NCBI GenBank assembly: GCA_043228905.1
Contig: JBHGNT010000014.1
Span: 12,772,001 to 12,836,000 of the forward strand
Length of the DNA: 64,000 nucleotides
Direction of reading: 5' to 3'
Source: Azolla caroliniana
Taxonomy: Eukaryota > Plantae > Polypodiophyta
Position 1 is the stretch's first letter; each line of letters opens with the position of its first letter. The translations under genes and the position numbers were made by a program. Below are positions 49,161 through 61,556 of the stretch, in pieces. The notes under the pieces are model-generated. The model was not told the origin of the DNA. It was given only the letters and a program-made list of their open reading frames with translations, and ran no database searches.

Positions 49161-50167
49161 GTTTCGACCACTGGTCCCAAACGGTTGCCGAACATTCCTC
49201 CATTGTTTCTCACATCTGTTCCCTTTGGCCGCCGACAATAAGCTGGATACGTTTGATCCCCATTTGCACACGTTCCTTTGTGACCTATTTCTCCTACTTG
49301 AGCTGCTTGATCAACTTGCCGATGTTGTTTCTTGAACCTTGTAATTCATGGCCTAAGTATGGTAGGTAGTCTAGACTTTATTGAGCACTTCCCTAGATTG
49401 TTCTATTATTTGGTTTTGCTCTGTCAGCAACTCCGACCACTGCTTTGTCATGTCCCCTATTAGCTTTGCCATCGTCTCCCCAAGGACCCTTTCCTGCATT
49501 GCGAGGGCTTTCATTTTCTCCTTGACTTCTATTCTTGCCTCCTTTAGCTTTTCGTGTTGCTGGTCATATTCCTTCTCTAGCTCCTTGTGCTCTCGATAAA
49601 GCTTCTCGAAATCCTCCGTTTTCTCTTTCAGATGTCGGTTCGATTACACACGCAACCGATCATCCCAATCTTTCTGCTGCCGAAGCTCTTCCTTGAGTCT
49701 TTCGATTTCGGTTTCCACCATTCTTCAGAGATTATCCTTCTGTTGCTGCAACACATCCTTTTTTTCCTTCAGCCGGTCCATGTTGCCATGTAATCTACGA
49801 AGGTCGTCCTCTACTCTCTGTTTTTCGTCTCTAACTGTTCTTCTTAATTGTTTTTCTTTTTCCAAATTTTTTGCTTGCGTGGCTAACTCATCCTTCATGT
49901 TCCCGATCTCCTTCTCCCAATCCTTTTCTTTCCCTGGTTCCTTGTTTGCAACTGGTTCCTCCCTCTGAGCCTCCTTCGGAACTGTGTCCGTCCGACTCCG
50001 GTACAACTGGTTCTTGTTCTAGAACTTGCTTCTTTGGCTCTAACTCTGTTGTATTTTTGCAGCCTAGATTTGCATGTATGGCCAATAACTCATGGGCCCT
50101 CTTTATCTCCTCTTCTAGTGCTTAAATATGACCATTGGCCTCTAGTTGAAAGCATGCGAGTGGAAAC

Positions 50168-50774
50168 TGTTGGGGATCAACGATTCGATTTACCTTCTTC
50201 GCTCGGCCACAACCGAGTAATCGCGAATCAATGCAACAGAAAAATAGGAAACAAAGAGAGAAACACACGAGTACACAGGGATTAACGTGGAAAACCCTAG
50301 ACGGGAAAAACCACGGGAGTACAAGACTCCAAACCAACACTATACAGAGGAAGTATACAATGGCGAGCTGCAAGGCGACGACCTTGAGCTCGCTGTCCTC
50401 GCCACAGGCGGCGGAAATACACAGAGGCGTCTACCTCTTCCTCTCTCGCGCTCTATCTCTCTCTATCACGCGGCTGCTCTCTCTTCACTCCTCGTGAGTG
50501 GAAAAACAGAAAAATGAGAAGCAACTACAAACAGGTTTGCCCTAAGTCATATTTATACTCATATGACTTTGGGCTATTTACAACTGTAGCCTCAAGGGCC
50601 CATAGCGAACATATTCACGGATATGTCCCTGCATCCGGATCGCTCTCCGGGTACATTCGTCATCCGGTACCGAAACCGGGGTCTTCGTCATCCGGATCCG
50701 AAACCGAAACCGGGCTTGTCGGCATTCATCTCAGATATCCGACCATCCCATCCGAAGGGACCGAAATCCCAACA
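50168..50774 (-). mobile_element. Solo LTR of the Copia A family (607 bp)
   Basis: Colinear with the A LTRs, roughly ten differences. TSD GAAAC at 50163-50167 and 50775-50779. Confidence 0.95.
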
Positions 50775-51045
50775 GAAACAATTAGCTATGTCCTTGACAT
50801 AGCTAATTAGCTATGCAAAAAGCTACGAATGATAAATAGTCATTTTTGCACCATGAATGAAAACATTAGAATGTTTTAATTATATAAATGAGCAACATAA
50901 ATGTGCACCATAAATGGATATGTGCACCATAAATTATATATCGAATTCCTTGGTCCCTTATGCATGATCCATTGCCACATCATGTTGGCCATCACTTTGT
51001 GACTATTCAGGCTTAGATTATTGCCACTTTTCCTAAACCCTATTG

Positions 51046-51620
51046 AGTCCACTCCTCCATTGCCGCCATTCTACACTTAGTTGCCGCCACTGTGTGGTCC
51101 AAGCATCATCTACCACTGTTTGATCTGACGGAGTTCACTCCTCCATTGCCACTATTCTACACTAAGTTGTCACAACTGTTTGGTCCAAGCATCATCTGCC
51201 ATTGTTCTCTCCTATTGAGTTCACTCCTCCATTGTCGCCATTCTACACTCAGTTGCCGCTACTGTTCGGTCGTGGATTGCTACCATTGTTCGATCCGATG
51301 GAGTTCACTCCTCCTCCATTGCCTCCATTCTACACTTAGTTGCCGCCACTATGTGTTCCAAACATCATCTGCCACTGTTCGATTTGACAGAGTTCACTCC
51401 TCCATTGTCACCATTCTACACTCAGTTGCCGCCACTGTTCAGTCCCAGATTGCCACCACTATTCGATCTGAAGGAGTTCACTCCTCCATTACCGCCATTC
51501 TACACTCAGTTGCCACCACTGTTCAGTCCTGGATTTCTGCCATTGTTCGATCTAACAGAGTTCACTCCTCCATTGCCGCCATTCTACACTCTGTTGCTGC
51601 CATTGTTCGGTTCTAGATTG
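51046..51620. repeat. ~84-bp minisatellite, about 7 copies
   Basis: gagttcactcctccattgccgccattctacactcagttgccgccactgtt recurs with a period of about 84 bp. Confidence 0.88.
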
Positions 51621-51823
51621 CAATAACTGTTCCATTTGTTGATTATCTTCTGTATTGTTGTGTATTGCAGAGTAATTTTGTGTATTGTTGTTGCCCATAG
51701 TCATCTTAGCTCGTTCCCGATGGTGGTTGAGAAGCTATCACTCCGCTGCAACAAACATAACTTACCAACGATGGAATCACTCCCGTGAATAACTAGTTTG
51801 CATGTGGTTTAGTTGCTAGCTAC

Positions 51824-54718
51824 ATGTCTTTTTTTTGTGGAAATTTAGTAATGAATATGTCAAGCCAAATGGAAGGGGAAGTAGGGTGTTTACCAATACC
51901 CCTCATGGATCATCATGGTAGGGATGACGCTATCAGGACACAACAAGCGATACGAAAGTATTGGGCAGAAAAAAAGGAAACATCGTCAATTGTTGAAGGA
52001 TACGAAAGCCACATTCACTAAAGGAAAGGATAGCATTGGTTGCGATATAGGTCTGAATACCACTGAGAATGGAAGTAATGAGACTACTATCATAGAGAGA
52101 AAGGTTGTAGACTATTTCAATGTTCAGACCAAGCACATCAGCAATGAAGACAAGAAGGTAGTACTTTATGGAATATTAAATGATCCATCAATAAAGGAGT
52201 TAGTTGACTGTGATGGTCTTAATGCAAACATAACATCTGTACTAGTAAATAATCTCCGCAATAGTTTTGTATCCATGAGCAGGTTAGAAGATGATCTTGG
52301 CTTAAGAAGGTCTAGTCTAATGATGTTACTTAATAGTGATGTTGACGATCTTAACATCAATGTGATATCTAAGGTAATTGGTGTTAGTAGAAAAACTGTG
52401 TACAATACAATGAACTGGATAATTTCAAGTGGTGAAGGAACTAGTTTGCTAAAGCTAACAACTAGATGTTAACATCAGAAATCAAGGATATAATCACCAT
52501 ATTTTGGACTAATGAGAGTAGGGTTTCATCCAATAAGAAGGATTTATGTAGGAAACGTGTTGGAAGGAGTCAATACGAGGAGCATCCAATTCATCTTCTT
52601 GATGTACCTCAGGTATTTACATTTATCTCAACTTTTGTTTTGATTTTTAAGCTTAGCTAGTTAGCTAATTAGCTACCTTAGAATATGATCATAGCTAACG
52701 AGCTACTGGTAATAGCTAACTAGCGATTGATAATAGCTAACTTAGCTATTATCAACTAGTTAGCTCCCACAATAGCTAGTTAACTATCTCAGAATATGAC
52801 AATAGCTAATTAGCTACCTCGGAATATGACCATAGCTAACTAGCTACTGGTAATAGATAAATAGCTATTGCCAATAAAACTAAACTTAGCTATTATTAGC
52901 TAATTAGCTACCGTAATAGCTAATTAACTACCTCAAAATATGATGATAACTCACTAGCTACTAGTAATAGCTAAATAGCGATTGACAATAGCTAACTTAG
53001 CTATTATCAGCTAATTAGCTATCTCAGAATATAACCATAGCTAACTAGCTACTGGTAATAGCTACATAGCGATTGACAATAGCTAACTTAGCTATTATCT
53101 GCTAATTGGCTACCACAATAGCTAATTAGCTATCTCAGAATATGACCATAGCTAATTAGCTACCACAATAGCCAATAAGCTACCTCAGAATATGACATAG
53201 CTAACTAGCTACTAGTAATAGTTAAATAGCTATTGCCAATACTAAACTAAATTATTATAAGCTAATTAGCTACCACAATAGCTAATTAGCTACCTCAAAA
53301 TATGACCATAGCTAGCTAGCTACTGGTAATAGCTATTTAGCTATTGCCAATAGTAAACTTAGCACTTATAAGCTAATTAGCTATTAAGAATAACTAATTA
53401 GCTATTGACAATAACTAATTAACTACCTATTAGCTATGTGAGGAGCTAATTAGATATTAAGGTAGCTAATGAGCTACTGTTAATAGCTAATTAGCTACTC
53501 TTAATAGCTAATTAGCTATTGGCAATAACTAGTTAGCTATGTCAAGAGCAAATTAGCCATTAAGGTAGCTAATTAGCTATTGTCAATAGCTAATTAGCTA
53601 CTCTTAATAGCTAATTAGCTACTGGCAATACCTAACTAGCTATGTCAGTAGCTAATTAGCTATGTCATGAGGTAATTAGCTATTAAGGTAGCTAATGAAC
53701 TACTCTTAATAGCTAATTAGCTACTACAAGAGTATGATCATAGCTAATCAGCTACCACACTATATCTAACTAACTACACCAGGGCACATTTTTGATACTC
53801 ATTGGATTCCCTTTTTATTATGCAGGTTGATTGATTTATTAGGTTCAGGTGAATGCATCCAAATATCAAAGTTCAACTACGAACATTCGAGTCTCTTAAG
53901 CCACACTTTGTGAGACGCTTAAAGGATCGATACACATGCTATTGCATTTACCATGTACAAATGGGTTTTCTCAAGGACTATGTTAATCTACTACGTCACC
54001 ATAGCTCCTCCTTAGAGGATGCAGTCTGCACTTGTGCGTGCCCAATTTGTCAATCTAGCTTGCAAGAGCACTGTAAATCATCAGAGCATGTTATCTCTTC
54101 CATGAGTGGTCTTTTAGATTCAGTATTGTGTCCGAGAGAATCTGAGTATCTTCCATAGTCATAAATGTGTCATGGGTTTAGGGCAAGATTGTGGCCCTTG
54201 TAGATTTAGGTGGTGTCTAAAAGAGTTGAGTAGTGAAATATTAATCTCTGTCAAGTTATTTGAGTATGTGGACACCAATTTCGAAGGAAATGTGTGTAAA
54301 AGAAAGGATCTAGTTAGGAAGTCTCTTAAACCAAGGGATTTAGCGTCTCTATTTATAGTATCTCTAGGAAAGTTCATTAAACACAACTTCATTTATTCAT
54401 GGTAGGCCCATCAGTTTAAGACTTGCATATCTGATATTCCAAATGACATAGTAGTCTCAGTAGTACATTTCGGAGAGAATTATACTTTCAAGCAGCAGAA
54501 TGAAATTTGATCCATGCATTGGTGTTTAATGGAAGTAACCATTTTTGTGCACATAACATATTTTCGAGTTTCAGGTGATGTTAAGAAAGTAATTCATTTT
54601 TTTTATTTCTCATGATAAGAAGCATGATACCTTGTTTGTCCAACACTATTTTAAGATACATTGGCAATAGTTATTATGTCAACGTTTGGAGCTTACTCAA
54701 CATTGGGTCTAGTTTGAT
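51824..54718 (+). mobile_element. Decayed DNA transposase with Sola2-like motifs; one intron (52613-53825); 3'-truncated
   Basis: HTH-like ISKVIGVSRKTV, FWTNESRVSSNKKD, TFESLKPHFV...TCYCIYH, a Cys-rich segment, (D>H)FGENY...QNEI*SMHW...VT, ISHDKKHD and HWV*FD. The GT...CAG intron joins the frames in phase 0. The family call comes from recalled motifs, not a search. Confidence 0.65.
52650..53770. repeat. Palindromic TAGCTAATTAGCTA-based satellite inside the transposase intron
   Basis: Dozens of tagcta(a/t)tagcta units arranged in higher-order repeats over ~1.1 kb. Confidence 0.92.
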
Positions 54719-54749
54719 TAGAATCCGGGGAAACTCGTCGTGAACAACG

Positions 54750-55944
54750 TCTCCGGTTTCCCAGGATTCTAATCGGCTTAAGTAGTTGGTACTGCATGTT
54801 GCACTCCTGGATGGTGGAATATTTCAAATTCAAATTCTTGTAGTAATTGACGAGAACTCAAGGCTCCTTATACGCAACGCTCGACCACAATCGAGCTTAG
54901 AATCACACACAGAAAACGGGAAATAATGAACGACACGAGGAAGAGGCGAGTACGCAGGATGTTTACGTGGAAAACCCAAACTAAGGGGAAAAAACCACGG
55001 CAGCCCACATGCTGCAAACTATCACTATGTTAGAATGTACAACAGTGAGTTCACGGAGGCAACGACCTCGTGCTCACGATCCTCGCCACAGGCGGCGGTT
55101 ACAACAAAGGCAACGACCTCTTTCTCTCTCTCTCTCTCTGTACACAGTTACGCGCTCTCTCTCTCCTTGCACCAACAAGAAAATGACAACAACTCTACCT
55201 AAAAGTTTGCCCTAAGTCATATTTATACTAATATGACTTTTCGGCTATTTACAAATATAGCCATGATGGACTCCCATAAACATATTTACTAATATGTCTC
55301 TTCATCCGGTGAGCACTCCTCATCGGGTCTGCGCCATCCGGCTCTCCGTAGCCAGGTACTCCTCATCCGGTTCTCACCGGGTCTGCACCAACCAGCTCTC
55401 CGTAGCCGGGTACTCCTCATCCGGTTCTCACCGGGTCTGCACCATCCGGCTCTTCGTAGCTGGGTACTCCTCATCCGGTTCTCACCGGGTCTGCACCATC
55501 CGGCTCTCCGTAGCCGGGTACTTGTCATACGGTTTCGGCCTCGACCTATCGGCCTCGGCCAAGTTTGTTCATCAGCACTGATCTTCTCCCTTCCCATCCG
55601 GAGGGACCTGTCTCCCAACAGTAATAGTGTCCATCGGGCTAGCTTGCCTGTTAAGGATGCTTTTGAGACCAAGTATAGCAACGCCGAATGATCCACATGA
55701 AATGAAAAATTTCGTCCTAGGAGGTAATGCCGAAATTTTGTTACACTATAAACCATCCCCAAGGCTTCTCTCTTTGTTGTAGAGTAGTTTCGTTCGGCCT
55801 TTGAGAGCTTTTGACTGGCGTAATACACAGGCCGGTACCACCTTGGTTCGGTGAGCTGCATGAGAATGCTGCCGATCGCTATATTTGACGCGTCCATGAA
55901 CACATGAAATTCCTTGGTCCAACCTAGGGATTGCACCACCGGTG
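54750..55944 (-). pseudogene. Ty3/Gypsy RNase H fragment, interrupted by a solo LTR
   Basis: FHVFMDASNIAIGSIL...YYASQKLSKAERNYSTTKREALGMVYSVTKFRHYLLG...VDHSAL...GKLARWTLLL; continues as QEFEFEIFHHPG on the other side of the solo LTR. Confidence 0.85.
54848..55620 (-). mobile_element. Solo LTR (Copia A/B-related) with internal 54-bp tandem repeats
   Basis: TGACG...CCCAACA; TSD GTAAT at 54843-54847 and 55621-55625; about 4 x 54-bp repeats at ~55310-55520. Confidence 0.9.
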
Positions 55945-56307
55945 TGTTAAGAAAATAATGGAATATTGCTCGGCTACAACTGAGTCTTGAATCACTTGGA
56001 TGCAAACAAACACAAAAATGGGAAGTAGAGAGTACACAAGGAAATACACAAGATGTTTACATGGAAAACCCTAATAGGGAAAACCATGGGAGCCCATAGA
56101 CTCCAAACTATCACTATATGAGAAAGGTACAATCAGAGCCTCAGAGGCAACGACCTCGAGCTCTGTATCTTCGCCAACCAGCGGTTACAACTGAGTATCG
56201 CTCTGTGTCTCACACTCTCCCTTTGTCACTCTCTATACAATAGTTACAACAATATGACCACCACAACCACGTCTGGTGTTTGCCCTAAGTCATATTTATA
56301 CTTATAT
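55945..56307 (-). mobile_element. Partial LTR (same family as 48462-48925), interrupted by Copia F
   Basis: TGTTAAG start; shares ggaatattgctcgg...caactgagtctt; breaks off inside the gccctaagtcatat hairpin. Confidence 0.82.
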
Positions 56308-59300
56308 TGTTGAGCGAGAAAGCTCAACCCGATCTGGATCGCCTGAATAAGCCTGAGCCAGATTGGAGAGCCGGATTGGAGCGGGAACCAGAAGCCTAGT
56401 AGTAGCCTAGACTACTAGGTAATCATTGTCTCGTAGTTAGTGTCAGTCGCACGTGTGAGCATTGAAGTACCTGTCAGTACTTTTGTCAGTCCTTTATGGT
56501 CTTGTATAAATAGTGTTGTTTAGCACGTTGTATGTACAGAGTTTTAGAGTTAATTTTTGAATATAGTTTTATGTTTTGCTCTGTTTGTCTCCTCTGTGTT
56601 TGAAGCTTTTCCATTAAACCTTCATCTCATTTTTTGTTGCTATCCGATTGAGCCGGTTCTGTCTGACGCTTCCGTAGATTAACATTCACATGGTATCAGA
56701 GCACGACGGTTGAGAACCTCTGTAGCTGACATTTGCTTCCGTAGACGAACCCTAGAACCCGGTAACAACAAATAGAGAGAAGACATGGACAGAGGATTGG
56801 CGAGTTCACTTCCAACAGAGAAGCTCGACTGGAGCAACTATGCGTCCTGGTCATATAAAATGCACCAGTACCTGCTGGGGCATGGATATTGGAGCTTCGT
56901 GGAAGGAACAAATGAAGTAGCACCGGAACCATCACACAAAGACTTCCCGGTATGGGAGCAAGGAGTGAGTCGGGTACTGTATTGTCTTGCGTCCGGTGTG
57001 CATGATCAAATGCTCAGTTACATCAAGGATGCAAAGACGCCGAAGGAGGCCTAGGAAAATCTACGGAAGATTTGCGCCGCAAGTACCACAACTCGTAAGT
57101 TGCAGCTGTAGCAAAAGCTAAACAACATCCGACAATGAGACATGTCGGTTACGGACTAGACCACCAAGATAAAGGAGATTTGTGACGCACTCGGGTCCAT
57201 CAACGTGACGGTGGATGAAGACGAGATGGTACAAATCTGCCTCGGTGGTCTAACACAATGGTATGGGCCAATCCGGACAACGATCTGCACCCGGGAGAAA
57301 CCACTGTCCTTCTTCGACTTGCAATCGATGCTAATGGTCGAAGAAAACCACGTGAGTGGGTCAAGGACTACTCAATCGGAAGGCCGGATGTTGTACACGG
57401 AGACAGATCGACCCAATGGATGTGGTGGACGAGGTGGGTCGGCATGCAATGGAGGTGGCGGACATGAGCAGGACCGGAGGCACAGAGGTTGTGCCGACAG
57501 TAGTTCTGGACCCTCCACAAGTAGGGGGAGTCAAAGCGGCGCCGGGAACCGGCAAGGAAAGGCCGACATGTAATGCTAGTACTGTGGCAAAAAGGGCCAC
57601 AAGGAAAGCGAGTGCTGGAAGAAGCGTGCCGATTTGGACAAATCCGGATCCGACAAAACTGGTCGGGAGAACCGGCAAAGCTCGCACTACGTGGAAGGAT
57701 CGGAAGGATCCGGAATCGGGAAAACCGGTAAAGGGGTCAACCTTCGTGATGAAGCACAAGGCTAACTCGATGAATAAGACTACTTCTAGATCGAAGGAAG
57801 TATGGTACGTTGATTCCGGAGCGTCCAACCACATGACGGACCATGAAGAGTGGTTCTCTTTTTTGGAGAAACCGGAACAACCGGGGATTGTTGAAACCAG
57901 AGACAACACCCCTCACCTGATTGTGCATGTCAAAGAAGTCCCTTTAAGCCATGTCGGACAAAAGGGGAAGCTAGTGAACGTACTACACGTTCCGACTATC
58001 ACAAAGAACTTGGTGTCAGTTGGACAAGTTGTCGACTAGGGGGTGCAGGTGCGGTTTACGCACCTAGGGTGCTTCATCGAGGAAGAGGACCAGATAATTG
58101 CGCAAGGGCGCAGAGATGGGAGGATGTTCATCCTCAACACTAATGATGTAGGCACCGCTATGTTTGCGAAAGGGCAGAAGGTCGAATCAGACATCGACCT
58201 GTGGCACAAGCAGATTGGTCATGTCAATTATTAGAGGCTTCAAGACTTGCAATTGAAACAAGTCGTTTTCAGCTTGATGAAATTTAGCGGCCGGAAGGTC
58301 GAAATTTGTGAAGCTTGCCAACTCGGGAAGCAACACCGGCTTCCATTCCCCACCGATCGAAACCGAAGCCATAATAAGCTCGATTTAATCCATTCGGACG
58401 TATGGTGACCGACACAAAATGTTAGTCTTGGCGGGAGTAAGTATTTTGTCTCTTTCATCGACGACTACAGGCGGCACACGTGGATCTACCTCATCGAGAG
58501 GAAGAGCGAAGTCTTCGAGTGTTTCCGGAACCTTCAAAGCTTGATTGAACGGGAAACAGAGAGGAAGATCAAGTGCCTGCGGTCGGATGGCGGGAAAGAA
58601 TACTTTTCCGGCCAATTCAATAGTTATCTGTAGCAGAACGGAATTCGGAGAGAATTCAGTTGCAGGTACACACCGGAGCAAAACGGTGTGGCTGAAAGGA
58701 AGAACCGGTCGATTGTCGACACGGCAAGGGCAATGCTGGAGGAGAAGAGCATGCCCCATTTCTACTAGGCCGAGGCGGTCCGGATGGATGTCTACATCCA
58801 AAACCGGATCGGTGACAAGGTGTCAGCACATGAGCTGTATTTCGGGCAAAAGCCGAATTTGAGACACCTTCGGATATTCGGTAGCATAGCATATGTGCAT
58901 GTACCGGATGAGAAGCGGAGGAAGCTGGATCTGAATTCGGAGAACTGCATTCTAGTCGGTTACTTGCATGAGCGAAAGGGGTATAAGTGCTTTAACCCGC
59001 GGACTAAGCAAGTCCGAGTAGGCCGAGATGTCAAGTTTGATGAGACGGCATCATGGTACACCTTACCGACTCCAATCCCGATGAAGACCCGATTCCGGAA
59101 GATGAGGCTAGTGAGCCTGAGGAGGTCCAAGTAGAAGATGAAGACTTCGGCATTCTAGAAGAGAGTCCGATCTCATTCCAACTAAGTGGACCGAATGAGC
59201 GGCTAAGTTGGGATGACTAGTCGGATGAGGAACCGGCGAGTAGTGGAGACTCTACCGTGCTCTCCCTGCGCAAGGAACCGAGGAGACGGTTCATGCACAA

Positions 59301-61556
59301 AGAGAAGGGGAAGAAGAAGATTCCGGAATAAGAAACCGGCAACGTTGAGTCGGATCAGAGCGAATCCAACTCCGGAAAGGATGAAGGCGGATCTTCGGGA
59401 ACGAAGTCTGACCTGGCCAAGAAGGGCCCCAAACCGGGTAATACCAAGTTATGCCGGTCTTCCCGCTTGAAGAACCCCGTTACACGGTACGTGTACAATG
59501 AGTAGATGGCACATCACTATCCGTACATGACCAAAGTGGCGGAAGTGCGTGAGCCGGAGAGCTACACAGAAGTGGCGAAGGACGCAAATTGGCGTGCTGC
59601 TATGGAGGAAGAAATGCGGGCACTAGATGCCAACAACACATGGGACCTCGTTGACCCTCCCCGTCACTGTAAACCAATCGGTTGCAAATGGGTGTACAAG
59701 GTAAAGTACAATGTCGACAGTTCGGTTAACCAGTACAAGACCTGGTTAGTGGCGAAGGGATACACACAGACCCAGGGAATCGATTATGGTGAGACCTTCG
59801 CCCCAGTAGCGAAGATGACGACGGTTCGTGTGGTATTGGTGGTTGCTGCGGCAACGGGGTGGCATCTTCGCCAGATGGACATGAAGAATGCATTTCTTCA
59901 AGGTGACCTTGAAGAACTGGTTTATATGATCCAACTGTCGAATACGAGTGTATAATGGCCGTATTCACATTGTCCCTTTGGACAACCCAAGTTCGGGCTA
60001 TTTCTATAAATAGCATAAAGGGCAGTTGCCCTAGGACAGTCACTATATAAAGTGACTTTGTAACCTTTAGTGAAGGTTGGTTGTCATTTGTAACTGTTGC
60101 TATTGGAATATAACGTTTCCTTTGTGTGTGTGTGTGTCTCTCCCTCCCTCTGTGTCTATCTTGCTCATACATACACAGGTTCTTCTTCATCACGAATGTT
60201 GCTTGCACTTCCGTATTGACGGCCTTGTCCCCAACACCAACCTCCTGGTTTTCAGTCGGAGATGAACAAGTCGGAAGCTCAAAAAGTCGCTTTACGGTTT
60301 GAAACAAGGCCCTCGAGCTTGGAATGTGAAGATCAAGCACCGGTTGCGTAAGATGACGTTTGTGACCTCTAAATCCGACTCGTTGTTGTTCATCCGTCAA
60401 GGTCAGGACGGTCCGGTTTGCATCCTACTTTATGTTGATGATTTAGTCATCACCGGACCTAGACTCAATGAAATCGGCTGAGTAAAGTCCCAGCTGTCGG
60501 ACGCATTTGAAATGAAGGACCTGGGGGATCTTCATTATTTTCTTGGTATCGAGGTGATTCGAACCCCCGACTGCATATTGCTCTCACAACAACACTATGT
60601 GTTGAATATGTTGTACAAGTTCAGTATGACGGAGTGCCGACCTGTCTCCACACTCCTGGACTGGAACCAGAAGCTCTGTCCCAACTCCGGACGGGCCTGC
60701 AATAAGAAATGGTTCTGACAAATTGTCGGAAGCCTGATATACTTGACAATCACTCGACCTGACCTCAGTTACCCGGTTAGAGTGATCAACCAGTTCATGT
60801 AGAAGCTGATCGTCGAGCACCTTCAGTGCGCACACTGGATTCTTCGGTATGGGGGACTGTTATACCGACATGGTATAACCGAAGCACTAGTCGGATATAC
60901 AGATGCCGACTGGGCCGGTGATGCATCAGGTCGTCGATCCACCTCCGGTTACATGTTTTCTCTGGGTAGCGCGACTGTTGCATGGAGTAGCAAAAAGCAG
61001 CCAACAGTGGCTCTATCGAGCACTGAGGTTGAATACCGGGGCGCTACCAATGCCACCTGTGAAGCCATCTGGCTTTGGCGACTCCTACAAGACCTGCGGA
61101 TTGAGGTCCCAACCCCGATTCTGATCTATTGTGACAACATGAGCAACATTCAGCTCGCCAAGAATCCCGTGTTCCATTCTCGGACGAAGCACATTGAAGT
61201 CCACTATCACTTTGTGTGTGAGCGGGTTTTGAGCCGTGAAGTAGAACTTCAGTATGTTTAGACAGATCGACAAATTGCCGATATCTTTACCAAACTGCTC
61301 AGATCAGACAAGTTGCAGCACTTCACCGAAATGCTTGGTGTTCAGCATCTTGACGTGCCGCACTTGAGGGGGAGCAAAGGAAAGGGAACGGATGGCACCA
61401 GACAAGGAGCCAGAGAGGAAGAAAGAACCAACAAAGGGGGAGACAAGAGGAAAAAGGAAGTCAAGCCGACCGAAGGAGTCAGCACATCCGAAAAGGTCGG
61501 AACAAGCGGCAACGACGACAGAGTCAAGAAGGACAGAACGGCCAAGACCCGAACGT
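56308..61556 (+). mobile_element. Copia element F (family of D), decayed; 5' LTR 56308-56690; 3' LTR not in the window
   Basis: PBS TGGTATCAGAGC at 56691-56702. Gag MDRGLASSLPTEKLDWSNYASW; protease WYVDSGASNHM; integrase, RT ([16 protein letters not shown]) and RNase H remnants with many stops. Confidence 0.9.
59936..60236 (+). mobile_element. 301-bp solo LTR inserted in the RT of Copia F
   Basis: TGTCG...CAACA with TSD CCAAC at 59931-59935 and 60237-60241. Removing it restores the host peptide MIQPPGFQ. Confidence 0.9.

Larger units (their letters stand above)
47924..50150 (-). pseudogene. Decayed charged coiled-coil ORF of unknown, probably transposon, origin; interrupted by two nested solo LTRs
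   Basis: E/K/R/Q-rich helical fragments (KDELATQAKNLEKEKQLRRTVRDEKQRVEDDLRRL; YERERRRRAVEQMKERQE) broken by stops. No recognisable domain. Confidence 0.45.

Noticed and set aside
51351-51626. Extensin-like Pro-rich ORF
   Set aside because: A by-product of the 84-bp minisatellite; no signal peptide and no ATG start.
51046-53770. CRISPR-like appearance of the regular repeats
   Set aside because: The units are contiguous tandem repeats without unique spacers, there are no cas genes, and the context is eukaryotic.
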